Source of the DNA: Azolla caroliniana
Lineage: Eukaryota; Plantae; Polypodiophyta
NCBI GenBank assembly: GCA_043228905.1
Contig: JBHGNT010000004.1
Span: 17,298,001 to 17,362,000, forward strand
DNA: 64,000 nt
Reading direction: 5' to 3'
Below are positions 50,370 through 64,000 of the stretch, in pieces; within the stretch, counting starts at the first letter, position 1, and each line of letters opens with the position of its first letter. The notes under the pieces were generated by a model. That model was not told the origin of the DNA and did not search any database. It saw only the letters and a program-made list of their open reading frames with translations. A program made the position numbers and the translations under genes.

Positions 50370-53300
50370 TGTTAGGATTTCGTTCCCTCCGGATAGGATA
50401 CAAGTACCCGGCAAACGAAGACGCGGTGAGAACCGGATGACGCAAGCCCAGTGAGAACCTCTCACCGGATGAAGGGACATAGATATAAATATGTTTCTAT
50501 TAGCCCATTGTGGCTATATTTGTAAATAGCCTGAAAATCATATTTGTATATATATGACCTAGGGCAAACAGGGGTATGTTGGTTGTCATTATCATTGTAT
50601 AGAGCCATTGTGTTTGTAATTATTGTACAGAGCGTAGTAGAGGGAAAGATAAAGAGAGGGGGGGAGAGAGAGACAGACAGACAGACAGAAAGAGTGAGCC
50701 TCTGTTGTAACTGCCGCCAGACAAAGATTGTGAGCACGAGGTCATTGCCTTTGTGCTCCTGTTGTATTCTCCTTACATAGTGATAGTTGGAGTTTGTGAA
50801 CTCCCTCAGTTTTTCCCTTTCAGGGTTTTCCACGTTAACATCCTGTGCATTCTCTTCTATTTGTGTACTTACTTCCATTTCTCATTTTTTCTGTGTTTGA
50901 TAATCATTAAGTGATTGAAGACTTGGTTGTGGCCGAGCACTATTCCGCATATTCTTTTCAAACTGGCATCAAAGCGAAACGACACAGAAAATGGAAGATT
51001 CACTTGGCGGCATGTTCAAGCGAACCGGCTCCAACTACTCAATGTGGAAGTCGAAGATAAGGAACATGCTGGTGGTTAAAGATCTTTGGTTGTCGGTTCA
51101 GTTCGAGGACAAGAGATCGGACAAGATCGAAGCCACAGTGTGGGAGGTGATGCACATGAAGACAACGGCATACATCCGGTGTTTCATCGACATGAGCCTA
51201 TACAACAACTTCAATGAAGAGAGCAAGTCTCATGAGCTCTGGGAGAAGATCGACATTATGTTTCAGAACAAAAATGTTGTTAATCAGGTTTCGGTATTTC
51301 GGAAGCTAGTGAGGCTCCGGTACCAAGACAGATCCAGTATGGCAGAGCACATGAATGCCTTCCAGAGGCTAATTCACTAGGCAACCTCGTTGGAAGTACC
51401 TCTCACCGATGAGGTACTTGCTCTACTCTTACTCAGTTCCCTCCCAGATAGCTTGGAGACGTTAGTTGTCACTTTGGGCAACGCCGGGCCGGAAGGAAAA
51501 CAACTATCCCCAGCAAGAGTCAAGTCGAGCTTACTAGATGAGGAGGCGCATCCGAAAGACAAGGATACTAGCTCCGACTCCAAAACGCTCCTTACCAAAT
51601 CGGAACGCGGAAGACAAAGGAACCAGAGTCCCCAGAACCGAGAAAATTCGGGGGCACGGTCAAAGTCAAGGGGAAGGCCCACTTGCTTCTACTATGGGAA
51701 TCCGGGGCACTTCTAGAAGAACTGTTGGCATTTCCGGAAAGACAAGGAAACTGACAATACCGATTCGAAGCGGTCACCGGACCGGAACGGCAAAAGACCG
51801 GAGAGGACCGGACCGGAAGGGAACGACGACAATCGCGACAAGTGAAGAGGAGTTGATGCTCATCACCGAGGAGAGTGAGTTGAACCTTGTCGGCAACGAG
51901 ACAACATGGGTTGTCGATTTCGGAGCGTCGTTCCACCTATCCCCGGACCGGAAATGCTTCTCATCTTACACAGCCGATGATCACGGTTGTGTCCAGATGG
52001 GGAATGAAGGTACATGCCAAATTATTGGCATAGGAGACGTGTGGCTGACAACACCAACCGGATGCAAGTTGCTGCTAAAGGATGTCTGACACGTTTCGGA
52101 GGTTTGACAAAACCTGATATCAGCCGGTCGGCTAGAGTATGAAGGCTACACAAGTAACATCCGAAACGGAGCTATGAAGTTTAGCAAGGGAAGCCTGATA
52201 GTGGCTCGGGACCAGAAGGTCAACACGTTGTACCTGATGAGACGTAATGCACCACTGGACCTGTTGCATACCAATGTGTGTCAAGTAGACACAAAGTCAC
52301 ATGCCGGATCGCAGTACATCGTGACGTTCATAGATGACCACAACCGGAAGCTATGGGCCGCACCGCTGATGACGAAGGATCAGGTGTTATCCATCTTCAA
52401 GGAGCTCCACGCAAGAGTGGAAAGAGAAACTGGTCGGAAGCTAAAGGCAGTTCGAGCATATAACAGAGGAGAATACCCGAGGTAGTTCGAGGAGTACTGC
52501 CGCTCAAAGGGAATCCGGCTTGAATTTACCGTGCCAAAGACGCCGGAACTAAACGGGTTGGTCGAGAGGATGAACCGGACCATAATGGAGAGGGTCCGGA
52601 GTATGCTAGCACATGCTAAGCTACCCAAGACGTTTTGGGCTGAGGCACTATCGGCAGCGACGTACGTGATAAACATATCACCCTTAGTACCCTTGGACGG
52701 AGACACGCCGTAGAGAGTGCGAACCGGTAAGGAAGTGTCTAACCGTCATCTGAAGGTGTTCGGGTGTCTCGCTGACGTGCATGTGGCAAAGGACCGGAGA
52801 GCAAAGTTGGATCCAAAGTTTCGGCCTTGCATATTCCTCGGATACGGCGATGATGAGTTCGACTACCGAGTGTGGAACCCCGTCGACAAGAAGGTGTTCT
52901 GGAGTTGAGATATTATATTCATGGAGGACAAGACTCTTGCCGACTAGGAGTCGGAGAAGAAGATAATTAACTCTGAGTCGACCGGTAAGGCTCAGTTCGA
53001 TGACATATGGACCTACCCAGTTAAGAGCCGGTTGACACTCGAAGAATCGGCCGATTACGGTGGGGATACCGAACCGACAGAAGAAGGAGAGGAAGCTGAA
53101 ACCGGAACCGGACAAGACCCCAAATCGGATTCGGATGAAGAACAAACACAGGAGCTGGTTACCGAAAACCGAGGACGGAGATATCCTCTCCGGGAAAGAC
53201 GAGCCCCCAGAGATTTCCGGATGCAAAGCATGTGTTGCAGACCGATGAGGGGGAGACGAAAAGCTTCGGAGAAGCAAAGGATGACACCCATTGCCACAAG

Positions 53301-55130
53301 TGGTTGAGTGCCATGCAGGACAAGATGGATGCCTTGCATGAGAACCACACGTATGAATTGGTGGAGTTGCCAAAAGGAAAGAGGGCACTCCGAAACAAGT
53401 GGGTGTACAAGCTGAAACCGGGAGATGCCGGCAACCCCCCGAGATACAAAGCCAAGATTGTGGTGAAGGGGTTCCAGCAGAAGAAAGGACTGGACTTCGA
53501 CGAGATATTTGCCCCAGTAGTAAAGATGACTTCCATCCGGACGGTGCTGAGCATAGCGGCAAGCATGGACCTCGAGGTAGAGTAGTTAGACGTGAAGACA
53601 GTGTTCCTCCACAGCGACCTCAAAGAGGAGATCTACATGTAGCAACCGGAGGGATTTGTGAAAAAAGGGAAGGAGCACCTGGTTTTCCGGTTGAAGAAGA
53701 GCCTCTACGGTTTGAAGCAGGCTCCCCGGCAATGGTACCGGAAGTTCGACTCCTTCATGACCGATCAAGGGTACCACAAGACGCAGGCCAATCATTGCAT
53801 ATTTTTGAAGAAGTTCGAAGGTGGAGACTTCCTAATACTCCTCCTGTACGTGGACGACATGTTGATCGTCGGACGAGACCAAGTCAAGATACGGATGCTG
53901 AAGAAGGCCCTTAACCAAACCTTCTCAATGAAAGACTTGGGTCCGGCAAGAGAGATACTAGGGATGCATATCATCCGAGACCGGTCAATGAAGCAATTGT
54001 GGCTGTCACAGGAGAAGTACGTGACAAAGGTACTTCAGCGGTTCAACATGTCAGATGTGAAACTGGTCGGATCGACACTTCCGGCAAACTGCAAGCTATC
54101 CGGTAAGCAAAGCCCAAAGATGAAGGAAGAGAAGGTGGATATGATGAAGATACCATATGCCTCTGCCGTCGGGAGCTTAATGCACGCAATGGTGTGTACC
54201 TGACCGGATATCGGATACGCAGTCGGAGTGGTGAGCCAATGTATGAGCAATCCCGGCAAGGAGCACTAGAATGTGGTAAAATGGATACTCCGGTACTTGA
54301 AAGGCACCTCAAGTATGTGTCTCCGATTCGGCTGCGGTAAACCCCAACTTCACGGTTTCACTGATTCGGATATGTCGGCTGACGTGGATACTAGCCAGTC
54401 AACATCGGGATATGTTATGATATATGCAGGGGGAGTTGTTTCGTGGTAGTCGAGGTTGCAGAAGACAGTTGCATTGTCAACCACGGAGGCGGAGTATATG
54501 GCGGTTGTGGAAGCCGGCAAGGAAATACTATGGATGAAGGACTTCATCGAAGAGCTAGGGGTCCGGCAAGAGGAATACTGGCTCTATTGCGACAGTCAAA
54601 GTGCCATCCACCTTGCGAAGAACGCAGCGTATCATTCCAGGACGAAGCACATCCAGCGCAGGTACCACTGGATCCGGGAGCAAGTAGAAGATCAGGAGTT
54701 CGTGTTGACGAAAATCCATACGGAGCAGAACGGGTCAGATATGCTGACCAAAGTGCTAGTTGCATGCAGGAAGAGGATCGGATTGACGAGGCATCCCATG
54801 CTGGAGTGAAGGGGGAGTTTGTTAGGATTTCAGTCCCTCCGGATGGGATACAAGTACTCGGCAACGGAAGACCCGATGAGAACCGGATGATGAGTACCCG
54901 GCAAGGAAGACCCGGTGAGAACCGGATGACGCAGGCCCGGTGAGAACCTCTCACCGGATGAAGGGACATAGATATAAATATGTTTATGTTAGCCCATTGT
55001 GGCTATATTTGTAAATAGCCTGAAATTCATATTTGTATATATATGACCTAGGGCAAACAGGGGTATGTTGGTTGTCATTATCATTGTATAGAGCCATTGT
55101 GTGTGTAACTATTGTGTGTGTAATAGCAGA

Positions 55131-55162
<32 letters not shown>

Positions 55163-55442
55163 CAAAGAGACAAAGTGAGCCTCTGTTGTAACCGCCGCCA
55201 TGCGAAGATTGTGAGAACGAGGTCATTGCCTTTGTGCTCCGTGTTGTATTCTCCTTACATAGTGATAGTTGCAGTTTGTGAACTCCCTCAGTTTTTCCCT
55301 CTCAAGGTTTTCCACGTTAACATCTTGTGCATTCTCTTCTGTTTGTGTACTTACTTCCATTTCTCATTTTTTCTGTGTTTGATAATCATTAAGTGATTGA
55401 AGACGCGGTTGTGGCCGAGCACTATTCTGCATATTCTTTTCA
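50370..55442 (+). mobile_element. Ty1/Copia element C-C
   Basis: LTRs 50370-50960 and 54820-55442; TSD CATAG; PBS TGGCATCAAAGC; PPT GAAGGGGGAG; degenerate gag-pol. Confidence 0.93.
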
Positions 55443-56757
55443 CATAGTTGGAAGGTAGTCGAACACGATTGCCCCGTGAAGTACACAGACTCCGATAGGT
55501 GCATCTAAATGGTGGCTCGGATGATTCTGTCGAGATTTTCCCATTCAAGAGACTTGTATCCTTCTAGAGGGTCTTCATTCTCAATGGGGTCAATTTGCCC
55601 TTTGATTATTAGATAGTCTTGCATCTGCTCCTTCCAGAAGTTGCAATTCGATCCGTCGAACTTCCAAAGACTCATCTCTGACACGCCAGATGTTGAAACC
55701 ATCTGTGTTGGTATAATAGACTTTGTCTGGAGTTAGCTACGAACTATGGTGGAGTGCAGCAGTCTGGCTCACTCGATGTTGTTCTAGCCGAAGTTGAACA
55801 CAAGTCGAGATTTTCGAGATTTTCCCAACACGGATTATGTGCAGTACTCCAAGCCGATCCTGTTTCGGTTAACTACAACAATGAGAGGGACGGATTCGAT
55901 TGGTCCTCCCGAATGTCGTTCAGTCGAATGAAACACAGATTGGGGGTGCCCCTGGGGTCGTCTTTGCTTCAGGTGACTACAGGGAGTAGGAAAAAAGTGT
56001 CAGATGACCTATTCGATTTCCACCTAATCGAGTGAAGCAACAATTTGGCCTAGTTAGGATAGAAGTCTCACTCCAAGTAGTTATGATCACATAACCAAGA
56101 GTGACCTAGAACAATAGAGTGTAGACTTCGTCACGTTTCTCTTTGCGTAGACAATCTTGTTGTAGGTTGCCTGTCGGGATGAGCTAAGATCTTCAGGATA
56201 GACAAAAGGAGAGTTGTCGATGGAGACTACATAGAAGGTGGCAGCAGAATCAAACAGAAAACCATGCTCTGATATCAAATGTTGGGAACGTCGTCTTCTA
56301 ATGCAGAACAAGATCAACAGTCTTCTAGGATAAGATCGTAAATGGATGCAAGATCATAGCTTTGATGGCAGCAAAGAGAGAAAGTAAAAGACAACTAGTT
56401 TGCAAGAGAGAGAGTCAGAGTTCAATGAAGTTTATTACAACCTTTTTACAAAATGAGAAACCAACCCGTAAATGGGTTACAAAGTCAGTTTATATACTGA
56501 CTAACTTAGGGCAATTGCCCTTCTCACTATTTACATAAATAGCTTAAGTCTAGTGTGTTCAAAAGGAGACAGTGTGAATATGTCCATTAGAAACACGTAT
56601 TCAACACGCATCATATATGCAAGAGAGTGCCTAACTCCCTACTCTAATCTTCAATCGTGCCCTCGTGGAGGGTTTTCCACCACAATGGACTATGAACACA
56701 GTGGCCCCCATACATAAAGGGCGGGACCCCATGGACTGAAATACATATAGGACCATT

Positions 56758-58449
56758 ATGATAGGTCGTACCCTTGCTAAATTATATGGAGCAGTTATGG
56801 AGGTTGAGCTTAGCGATTATATAGAGACCCTAAATCTTCGCGCACTTGAACAGGCTGGCTTAAGACAAGCCTTCTCCACTATTGATCATATCCTCACCCT
56901 TAGATTCTTAATTGACCAGACTAAGGCTCGCAAGAAGAAATTATATTGTTGTTTTGTGGACTTCCGCAAAGCCTTTGACACAATCCCTAGAGAGCAGTTG
57001 TTTGGTAGGCTTAAAAGCTTGAGGATACCAGATGACATGGTTTGGGCCATCTACGCACTATATGAACAAGTGTCTGGGTGTGTTCGATGCCTAGGTGGCC
57101 TATCCAATTGTTTCACTAGTACTATTGGTGTAAAACAAGGTTGCCCCCTATCTCCGACTCCTTTTGGGATCTACATTCATGAGATCACGGATTTTATTGC
57201 TTGTAAAGGAGGAAACCAAGTAGTCCTTGGGGATACGCAGGTTCGTATCTTGCTTTATGCAGACGACATAGTTTTGCTCTCTGAATCCGAACAGAACCTA
57301 CAAAGGCACCTTAACACCTTAGATGACTTTTGCGCACAACGAGGATTGGTAGTGAATCTAGGGAAAACTAAAGTCCTTATCTTCCACACATCGGCCCAAG
57401 TTAGAGTTCAGTGTCACCTAACTATCTCCCATAGCCCAGTTGAGGTGGTTGGATCATATGTCTATCTCATAGTCACTTTCAGTACTTGCTCAAGTAAATT
57501 TTCGATGACACAAGCAAGGAAAGATAGACTTATGAGCGGACATGCATCCCTCTCACTCCTCGAGAGACAATCCCATCAAGCATACATTCAAGAGCCACGG
57601 ACTAAAGGGTGGCTCTTTGACTCATTAGTGACTCCCTCCCTCATTTATGCATTAGTGGTTTGGGCTCCAGGACTACCATCGTTCATGTGGACACAATTAG
57701 AGAGACCATTGGTGATAATGTTATCACACCAACTCCGAAGCAAATCGACAGTACCACATGACATTATTCGGGCTGAGTTTACTTTACTCCCGATGTTAGT
57801 AGAGGCACTTTTTAAACTTGTAGTCTTTATCCACAGGATACATAGCCAACCATATGATAGAATAGCCCATCAAGCCTTTAAGGCCTCTCGATCACTGTAT
57901 GAGTCCGGTTATACTAGCTCATGGTATGGCATGATGGTGAGTTGGCTTCTTGCGAACGGTCATAACCTCCCTCCCCTTAGGTACAACCACGTGATTGATA
58001 ACACTTTAATCTCTCATGAGGACCGCAATAAAGTAATACGCTAAGAAATATGGCAAATTTACACTCGGTATAAATGGATCACCCCATTAGAGCCCCTCCC
58101 ATCTAAAATGTTGTATTATAAGGAACACTTCATGCACTTCTCTAAGTTAGTTTTTATTATGCAGGCAAAATATCTAGATGTATTGTTACCACATGCACTA
58201 AGGGTTGCCATTGGACAACTTAGAATATCATCTCACCAACTTGAGATTGAGAAAGGTCGTACTAATGGAGTCCCTAGGGAGGAAAGGATATGTAGGTTAT
58301 GCCACATAGAGATAGCGGATGAGTACCACTTTACATGCAAGTGTCCCACCACCGCGGAGATAAGGGAAAAATACCAACACATACTTGGTTCCTCTCCTAC
58401 CCTTCCCAAACTATTAGATACTCTAGATATAAAGAAATTAAGCAGATAA
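56758..58449 (+). pseudogene. LINE ORF2 reverse transcriptase + C-terminal Cys/His domain
   Basis: 428-aa and 113-aa same-frame ORFs carrying RT motifs. Confidence 0.85.
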
Positions 58450-58594
58450 ATCCTAGAGCTAAAACAAAACAGAGAGAATAAGTTACAAAATGTTGACAAT
58501 AATGTTGCTAATGCTCACCAACATGTAAGAAATGAAGTTTTCTAGGAACAGGGGGAGACAACGAATGTCGACACACCTGCACCATCTTGAAAGA

Positions 58595-60231
58595 CCTGTT
58601 TCCCAACATCACCTCCATTGAATGGATGTCAAGGATGCTTTTCTTCAAGGAAAATTAGAAAAGGAGGTGTACATGGTGCAACCACCTAGCTTCGAATCGA
58701 GCACCCATCCGAAAGCAGTCTGCCAACTAAAGAAACCACTCTACGGACTTCAAAGATAACAAAATATCTTCATCGAATCTTTTTTAGAATGTCGAAATAC
58801 GACAACTCCCTCTACATAAGAAGTGATTCTAGAAGTTCGATTACATGGATGATTTGGTCATTGGAGGTGACCTTCTAGTCGACATCAACAAGGTCAAGTC
58901 CCACCTCTCCGGAAAATTCGAGATGACAGACATGAAAGAGCTTCATTAATTCCTAGGCATTGAAGTAATTCGGACTCTAGCTGGCATTATGATCTCTGAA
59001 GGACACTACATCCTTAACTTGTTATACAAGTTCGGGATGGCTGAGTATAAATTTGTGGCAACCCCTCTCGATCGAAACCTCAAACTGGATGCCGACTCTG
59101 GCACCATAGAGTGTGAGCTGACTCAATATCGACAACTGATCGGGAGCCTCATCTATCTCACAATCACTCAACCCGACCTCAGCTACCCTGTCAGACTCCT
59201 TAGCCAATTCATGCAAAAGTCACGTGACATTCATTTGGATTGCGCTAAGCGAGTGTTACGATACGTGAGCGGCACAATGGATTGTGGCATCGTCTATAGA
59301 GCTGACCAACAATCAACCTCCAGATTGGTTTTCTCTTCTTTATAGGTAGCGGAGCAATATCCTGGAGTAGCAAGAAGCAACCGAATGTTGCACTTTTGAG
59401 CACAAAGGCCAAATACAGGGTTGTGGTTGTGGCTGCATGTGAAGCCGTATGGCTCAAGAGGATTTGGAAGGATCTGGGCGTTCCCATCAAGGATCTAACT
59501 CCCCTTTATTGCGACAACATGAGAAGTTTTTATCTGGCTCGGAACCCGGTGTTCCACACATGCACAAATCACATCAAGGTGCACTATCACTTCATCCGAG
59601 AGCGCGTTCAGGCTAGAGATGTCAACCTTCAACATATCAATACCAATCTTTAGACAAATGACATCTCCACCAAAGCCCTAGGAGCTGACAAGGTTCGACA
59701 ATTCATGTCAGACCTTGGATTGATGATCCTTGACCTGCCAAGCTTGAGGGGGAGTACAAGAGAGAACCAGATATCATCCGAACCGGGTACCAACCAACGC
59801 GAACATCAACCGAAAGGAATTGACCCGAGTTGAGCTTGAGGGGGCTTGTTAAGAATCAAGCTCAACCTATTCTAGAGTGTGAACACACCTTGAGAATGTA
59901 TGAACACTCAAAGGTCAGTCACCACTACTTTTGTAGCATTAACTATATGTCATAGAATCATATTCTATGACACATAACTAATGAGTTTCCACATTCCCCA
60001 TGATTGGTGAGCTTCGATAGTTAATGACGAGAGAGGGTGACTACATAAAGCACCCTCCTTCTACTTTGAAATGTGCTGGTTAATCTCCTTTGTAATATAC
60101 ATCTTCTTGAGTATTCTATTTTCAATTCTATCTATCTTGTGTCTCTCTCCTCTCCTCTTCCCAAACACACGCACACACAATACACATCTCTAACCTATTC
60201 TGCTACACAAAATCACCATCGATTCTTTACA
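58595..60231 (+). mobile_element. 5'-truncated Copia (RT-RH + 3' LTR 59847-60231)
   Basis: MDVKDAF, YRQLIGSLIYL and YCDN...HIKVHYHFIRE motifs; PPT at 59837-59844. Confidence 0.82.
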
Positions 60232-61182
60232 GAACTCCTCCCAATTGAGTTCAAATTCAATGGACCAGCCACATACTTGAGTTGGTCACATTGGATTATA
60301 GGTGCCTTGGCAAGGAGAAGCCTTGACGGCTACCTAACGGTTCAAGAGAAAGAACCTCCTATCAAAACGAGCAATGAATGGAAAGCATTGAGAGCTACCC
60401 ACATGTCTTTGTGCACGTGGCTCCTCAACTCCATGGTTCCATCAATCACCACAACTATTGATGGAATTTTACGTGTGAAGGAGATTTGGGAGAAATTGCA
60501 AAAGATGTATGCTGGGAGGGGAAATGACATGAGATTATTTCAAATCGAGGAGGAGATAGATGTCGTCTAGCAGGGAGATAGGATGATTCATGAATATGTC
60601 ATAGATCTAGAGCATCCATGGGCAAAATATGCTCATTTCTCGTCTGTGACAGTGTGCAATGATCCTCAATGTAAGAGCAAGGAATTTTTTTCTCAAAGAA
60701 GAACCATGCAATTTTTGAAACATCTCAACCCGTCGTTTGATCAAAGAAGGGCAATTCTTCTAGCCAAGTCTGAAATTCCCACACTTGATAAGGGAATAAC
60801 GACTATGATACAAGAGGAGAGTAGAATGAAGTTGCACTCTGACACTATCGGACTTCCAAGGGTACGATCGACACTAATGGTGTCAAATTCAAGCGAAAGT
60901 GAAAATAAAAAATGCTACAATTGTGGTGAAGCTGGTCATTTAAAGAATGCTTGCCCTAAACCATCTAAGGAGAGAAAATATGGAGGACGTGGACAAACTA
61001 GAGGTCGTGATCGAGGAAGAGATGGAAGAGGAGGTCATCAAGCAAACCTAATGGTAGCAAAAGAAAAGGAAGGAACTAAGGTGGTGTTCACCGAAGAGGG
61101 TCACGCTATCGTGTAGTTCCGCTCACGCGGGAGAAACTAAGGCGGGACCGCGGGGGTCTTGGACTGAGGGGTTTAAGAGATC

Positions 61183-61218
<36 letters not shown>

Positions 61219-63480
61219 CGTGAGCGTATCGCCAGCTAGGCCTGCTCGTTGCTGACATTGTTACTGGCCGAATAAGAGTTGAACGTGTATAGTCTCCGAA
61301 CCTGATACACGCTCACCGGGCAAGGTAGAGGGAACTCACGAGAACACAAGAGAGAGAAAACAGAAGCTTGAATTCGATAGCTAGCAAGGTTTCAATGTAT
61401 GCAAGATTACAACCGGAAAGCCGGCAATAGACCCGACACAGAGAACCCACGCACACACACACGACATAGAGAACGCACGATGGAGCCTTTGCTAGAAGCA
61501 CGCGGGCTTACGCGCAGCAGAGGCAACCACGCAGAAACAGAGTGGAGAGCAACAATAGAGGAGGAGAGAGCTCGATACCTAGTCTGACATCACCTCGTCC
61601 TCGCCAGAACACGCTCCCTTCTTCTTCTCCTCCCCTCCCTTTTATAGGTCGCCGAGGAGGCCATTACATCAAAACACATCAACTTTATTCTCTGTCCTTT
61701 CGGACAGAGATACATGTCGATTTCCTAGCTAATAAATATGTCATACCTAGTATATTTACATCAGCCGTTCTATTCCTAGTTAGGTACAATGTATCAAGTC
61801 GCACACACTCGAGCAAGGGCGGGTTCACGCCTTTAATTCCTTGATTCCTCTTAAGGCTGGTTTTCTTCATGACAACGCTCTCTTAGATATACTTAAGAGG
61901 AAGCAAAAAGTTGTAAATGATACTTCATTCATGTCAAGAGGTAACATTGCCACTTATGCTTATTCGGCCACAAGTACTAACAACACAAATACTATTGCCT
62001 CTACACCAAAATGGATAATTGATTATGGTGCATCGAGTCATGTCACAGGTAATGCTAGTGAATTCTCCTCGTATACTCACCTAGCAATGCCAGAGAGCAT
62101 TCAAATTGTTGACGGTAGAACACAACTTGTAGTGGGTATAGATACAGTAAAATGTATCGACTCTATGACATTGTCTAATGTGTTGCATGATCCTTCTTTC
62201 CCAATAAACCTATTATCCATAAGTTCTATCATACGCCAACTAAAATGTGTTGTTTCTTTTGATATTCCCAAGGTGATATTCCAAGAGAAAGGGACATGTC
62301 GGAGACTAGGCATTGGCACATGGCATAGTGGACTTTGGTATTTGGATCGTGAAGGGTTGGATTCAACATTAGCATCTATGGTAAAGGGAACAGATGTAAG
62401 GGGATCTAAAATTAGTTATCATGAGTTGTTGATACTTTACCACCAATGTACGGGACATACCTCTTATGGTGTTTTGAGTCGGTTGTAGCCACACCTCTTT
62501 GAAAAGACTGATAGAACAAAACTTGTTTGTGATGCATGTGAATTTGGTAAGCTTACTAAAAGCTCATGAATATGCTAGTTCAGGCCATAGGAGTTCCCAT
62601 GCATTTGATGTAATACACTCTTATGTTTAGGGACCATGTTCCACAAGTTCTATTAATGGATATAGATATTTTGTCCCTTCCATTGATTGCTTCACTCGTG
62701 TGACTTGGTTATATTTGATGAGGAAAAAGAATGAAGTATTTTCTTGTTTTAAAGATTTTCATAGAGCAATTCAAACTCATTTAGGGCATACCTCTCAAAT
62801 CAAGGAACACAACATCAAACTACATGCCCATATACACCAAAATAAAATGGAGTAGTAGAGAGGAAGAATAGACATCTTCTAGAGGTAACAAGAAGCATGA
62901 TGATTTCCATGAATGTCCCAAAGCAGTTGTGGAGACAGGCAGTTTTCACAACTGCCGCATTGATCAATAGAATGCCTTCTAGAGTATTGGAGTGGAAGTC
63001 TCAATGTGAGTTGTTGCAAGGCAATAACTCTGGAATCTTTCCTTTGAAGGTGTTTGGATATGTTTGTTTTGTAAAGGACAGTAGACCATCTGTAGGAAAA
63101 CTTGATCCTAGAGCTGTGAAATGTGTATTTGTGGAATACTCTGCCACACAAAAAGGCTATGTTTGTTGGAGTCCAGTAGAGAAGAGATTATTTGTGAGCA
63201 GGGGTGTGCATTTCAGAGAGTTAGAGCCATGTTATAAACAAGAGGTAACTTAATTGAGACGGAAAATATGAGGGAAGGAGATAATATTGAGAGGTTGCTA
63301 AAATTAGGATGAATTCCTTTGTTGATCCCTACATCAGCTGAGAAATAAGTGAGCATAGGCGATAAGGAAGAAGAAGGAAAAGAAGACGAGGAACCTATAT
63401 GTGTTGGGTCTCAGCTAATTGAGGGGGGGCTAAAGGTGTATACAAAGAAGAGAAGTCAGAAAGAAGGAAATATGAGCACG
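60232..63480 (+). mobile_element. Degenerate Copia gag-PR-INT fragment
   Basis: Zinc knuckle CYNCGEAGHLKNAC, PR WIIDYGASSH, INT KLDPRAVKCVF. Confidence 0.82.
61107..61874 (-). mobile_element. Solo Gypsy-type LTR
   Basis: TATCGTG...CATGACA termini with a perfect 4-bp TSD ACGC (61103-61106 / 61875-61878); TATA on the minus strand near 61642. Confidence 0.82.
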
Positions 63481-63481
63481 T

Positions 63482-64000
63482 TGTCGTGGAGAAAACCGAC
63501 CATAGGAGGAATTGGGAATCCTAGCGCGAGAACGAGTTTTACATGGATACGCCCCAATTTAAGTTAATGTACCTTATTTAAGAATAAGTCGGCGTGATGT
63601 AAATATAAACATATTAATAAGTCAGCAAATCAAGCCATATCTCTGTCCGAAGGGACAGAGAATAAAGGTGATGTAACTAGGATGTAACGGCCCACCCTTA
63701 GTGGCCTATAAAAAGAGGGAAGAAAGATTGAGAGGGGTATCATGTTTTGGGAGGAGGAGGTGTTGTCGGACTAGGAACCGAGCACCGATCTTTGTTTTTC
63801 TTTGTATCAATCCTTGTTGTAGTCTTTGTTTGGTTGTAATCAATTTTTCCGAAGTGTAATCTCTGTCTATCTTTGGCATGTGGTCGAGTCCCTGTCTGAA
63901 CCGGCAAGTGTTGTGCTTGTCGGTACCCGACGTCCACCGTTCCTTTCTCTTTCCTTTCTCTTTTCCTTCTATCTTCGCACACTCCTCGGTCCAGGGCCCC
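63482..64000 (+). mobile_element. Start of a Gypsy-type LTR running off the window
   Basis: TGTCGTGGAGAAAACCG start, like 45633; preceded by ACGT; TATA at ~63707. Confidence 0.7.

Larger units (their letters stand above)
38728..56606 (-). mobile_element. Ty1/Copia element C-A, host of nested insertions
   Basis: LTRs 56280-56606 and 38728-39776 (interrupted); PBS TGATATCAGAGC; PPT 39777-39783; degenerate TSD TACAT/CGCAT; gag at 55702 and INT/RT/RH fragments at ~40040-43650. Confidence 0.88.
38290..58550 (+). mobile_element. Non-LTR retrotransposon (LINE) remnant split by the Copia nest (pieces ~38290-38727 and 56607-~58550)
   Basis: Frame continues across the insertion. RT motifs FVDFRKAFD, GVKQGCPLSP and YADD; C-terminal LRISSHQLEIEKGR...CRLC...DEYHFTCKCP. 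Confidence 0.85.

Noticed and set aside
61185-61215. (GA)n microsatellites (also ~25072, ~44025, ~55135) and G/C homopolymer runs
   Set aside because: Ordinary simple repeats in LTRs and introns.

Overview
Eukaryotic (plant) genomic DNA, probably from a non-seed land plant such as a moss or lycophyte (inferred from the retrotransposon lineages). There is one host gene: a 3-exon secreted L-gulonolactone oxidase-like (GULLO) FAD oxidase at 24379-26987. Almost everything else is nested mobile DNA. (i) An old minus-strand Copia hosts a tRNA-Trp-primed Gypsy (1159-18697); that Gypsy's 3' LTR carries a Gag-only non-autonomous element (8469-12075) and a chromodomain Gypsy (12451-17945). (ii) LTR remnants and a hAT MITE lie upstream of the gene. 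(iii) A 5x171-bp array derives from Copia RNase H. (iv) A Gypsy is interrupted by a hAT transposon. (v) A LINE is split by a Copia that itself holds two more Copias and two solo LTRs. (vi) Further Copia fragments and solo LTRs run to the window end. Main findings: a tRNA-like A-box/B-box module with identical spacing in the U3 of otherwise dissimilar Gypsy LTRs; all seven insertions of the TGTCRT...RACA LTR group sit at CG-centred (NCGN) sites, five with a visible 4-bp TSD; and a pol-less element with an intact Gag fused to a 9x 'HALR' octad repeat shares cis signals with the element it inserted into. All analysis was by eye; no searches were run.
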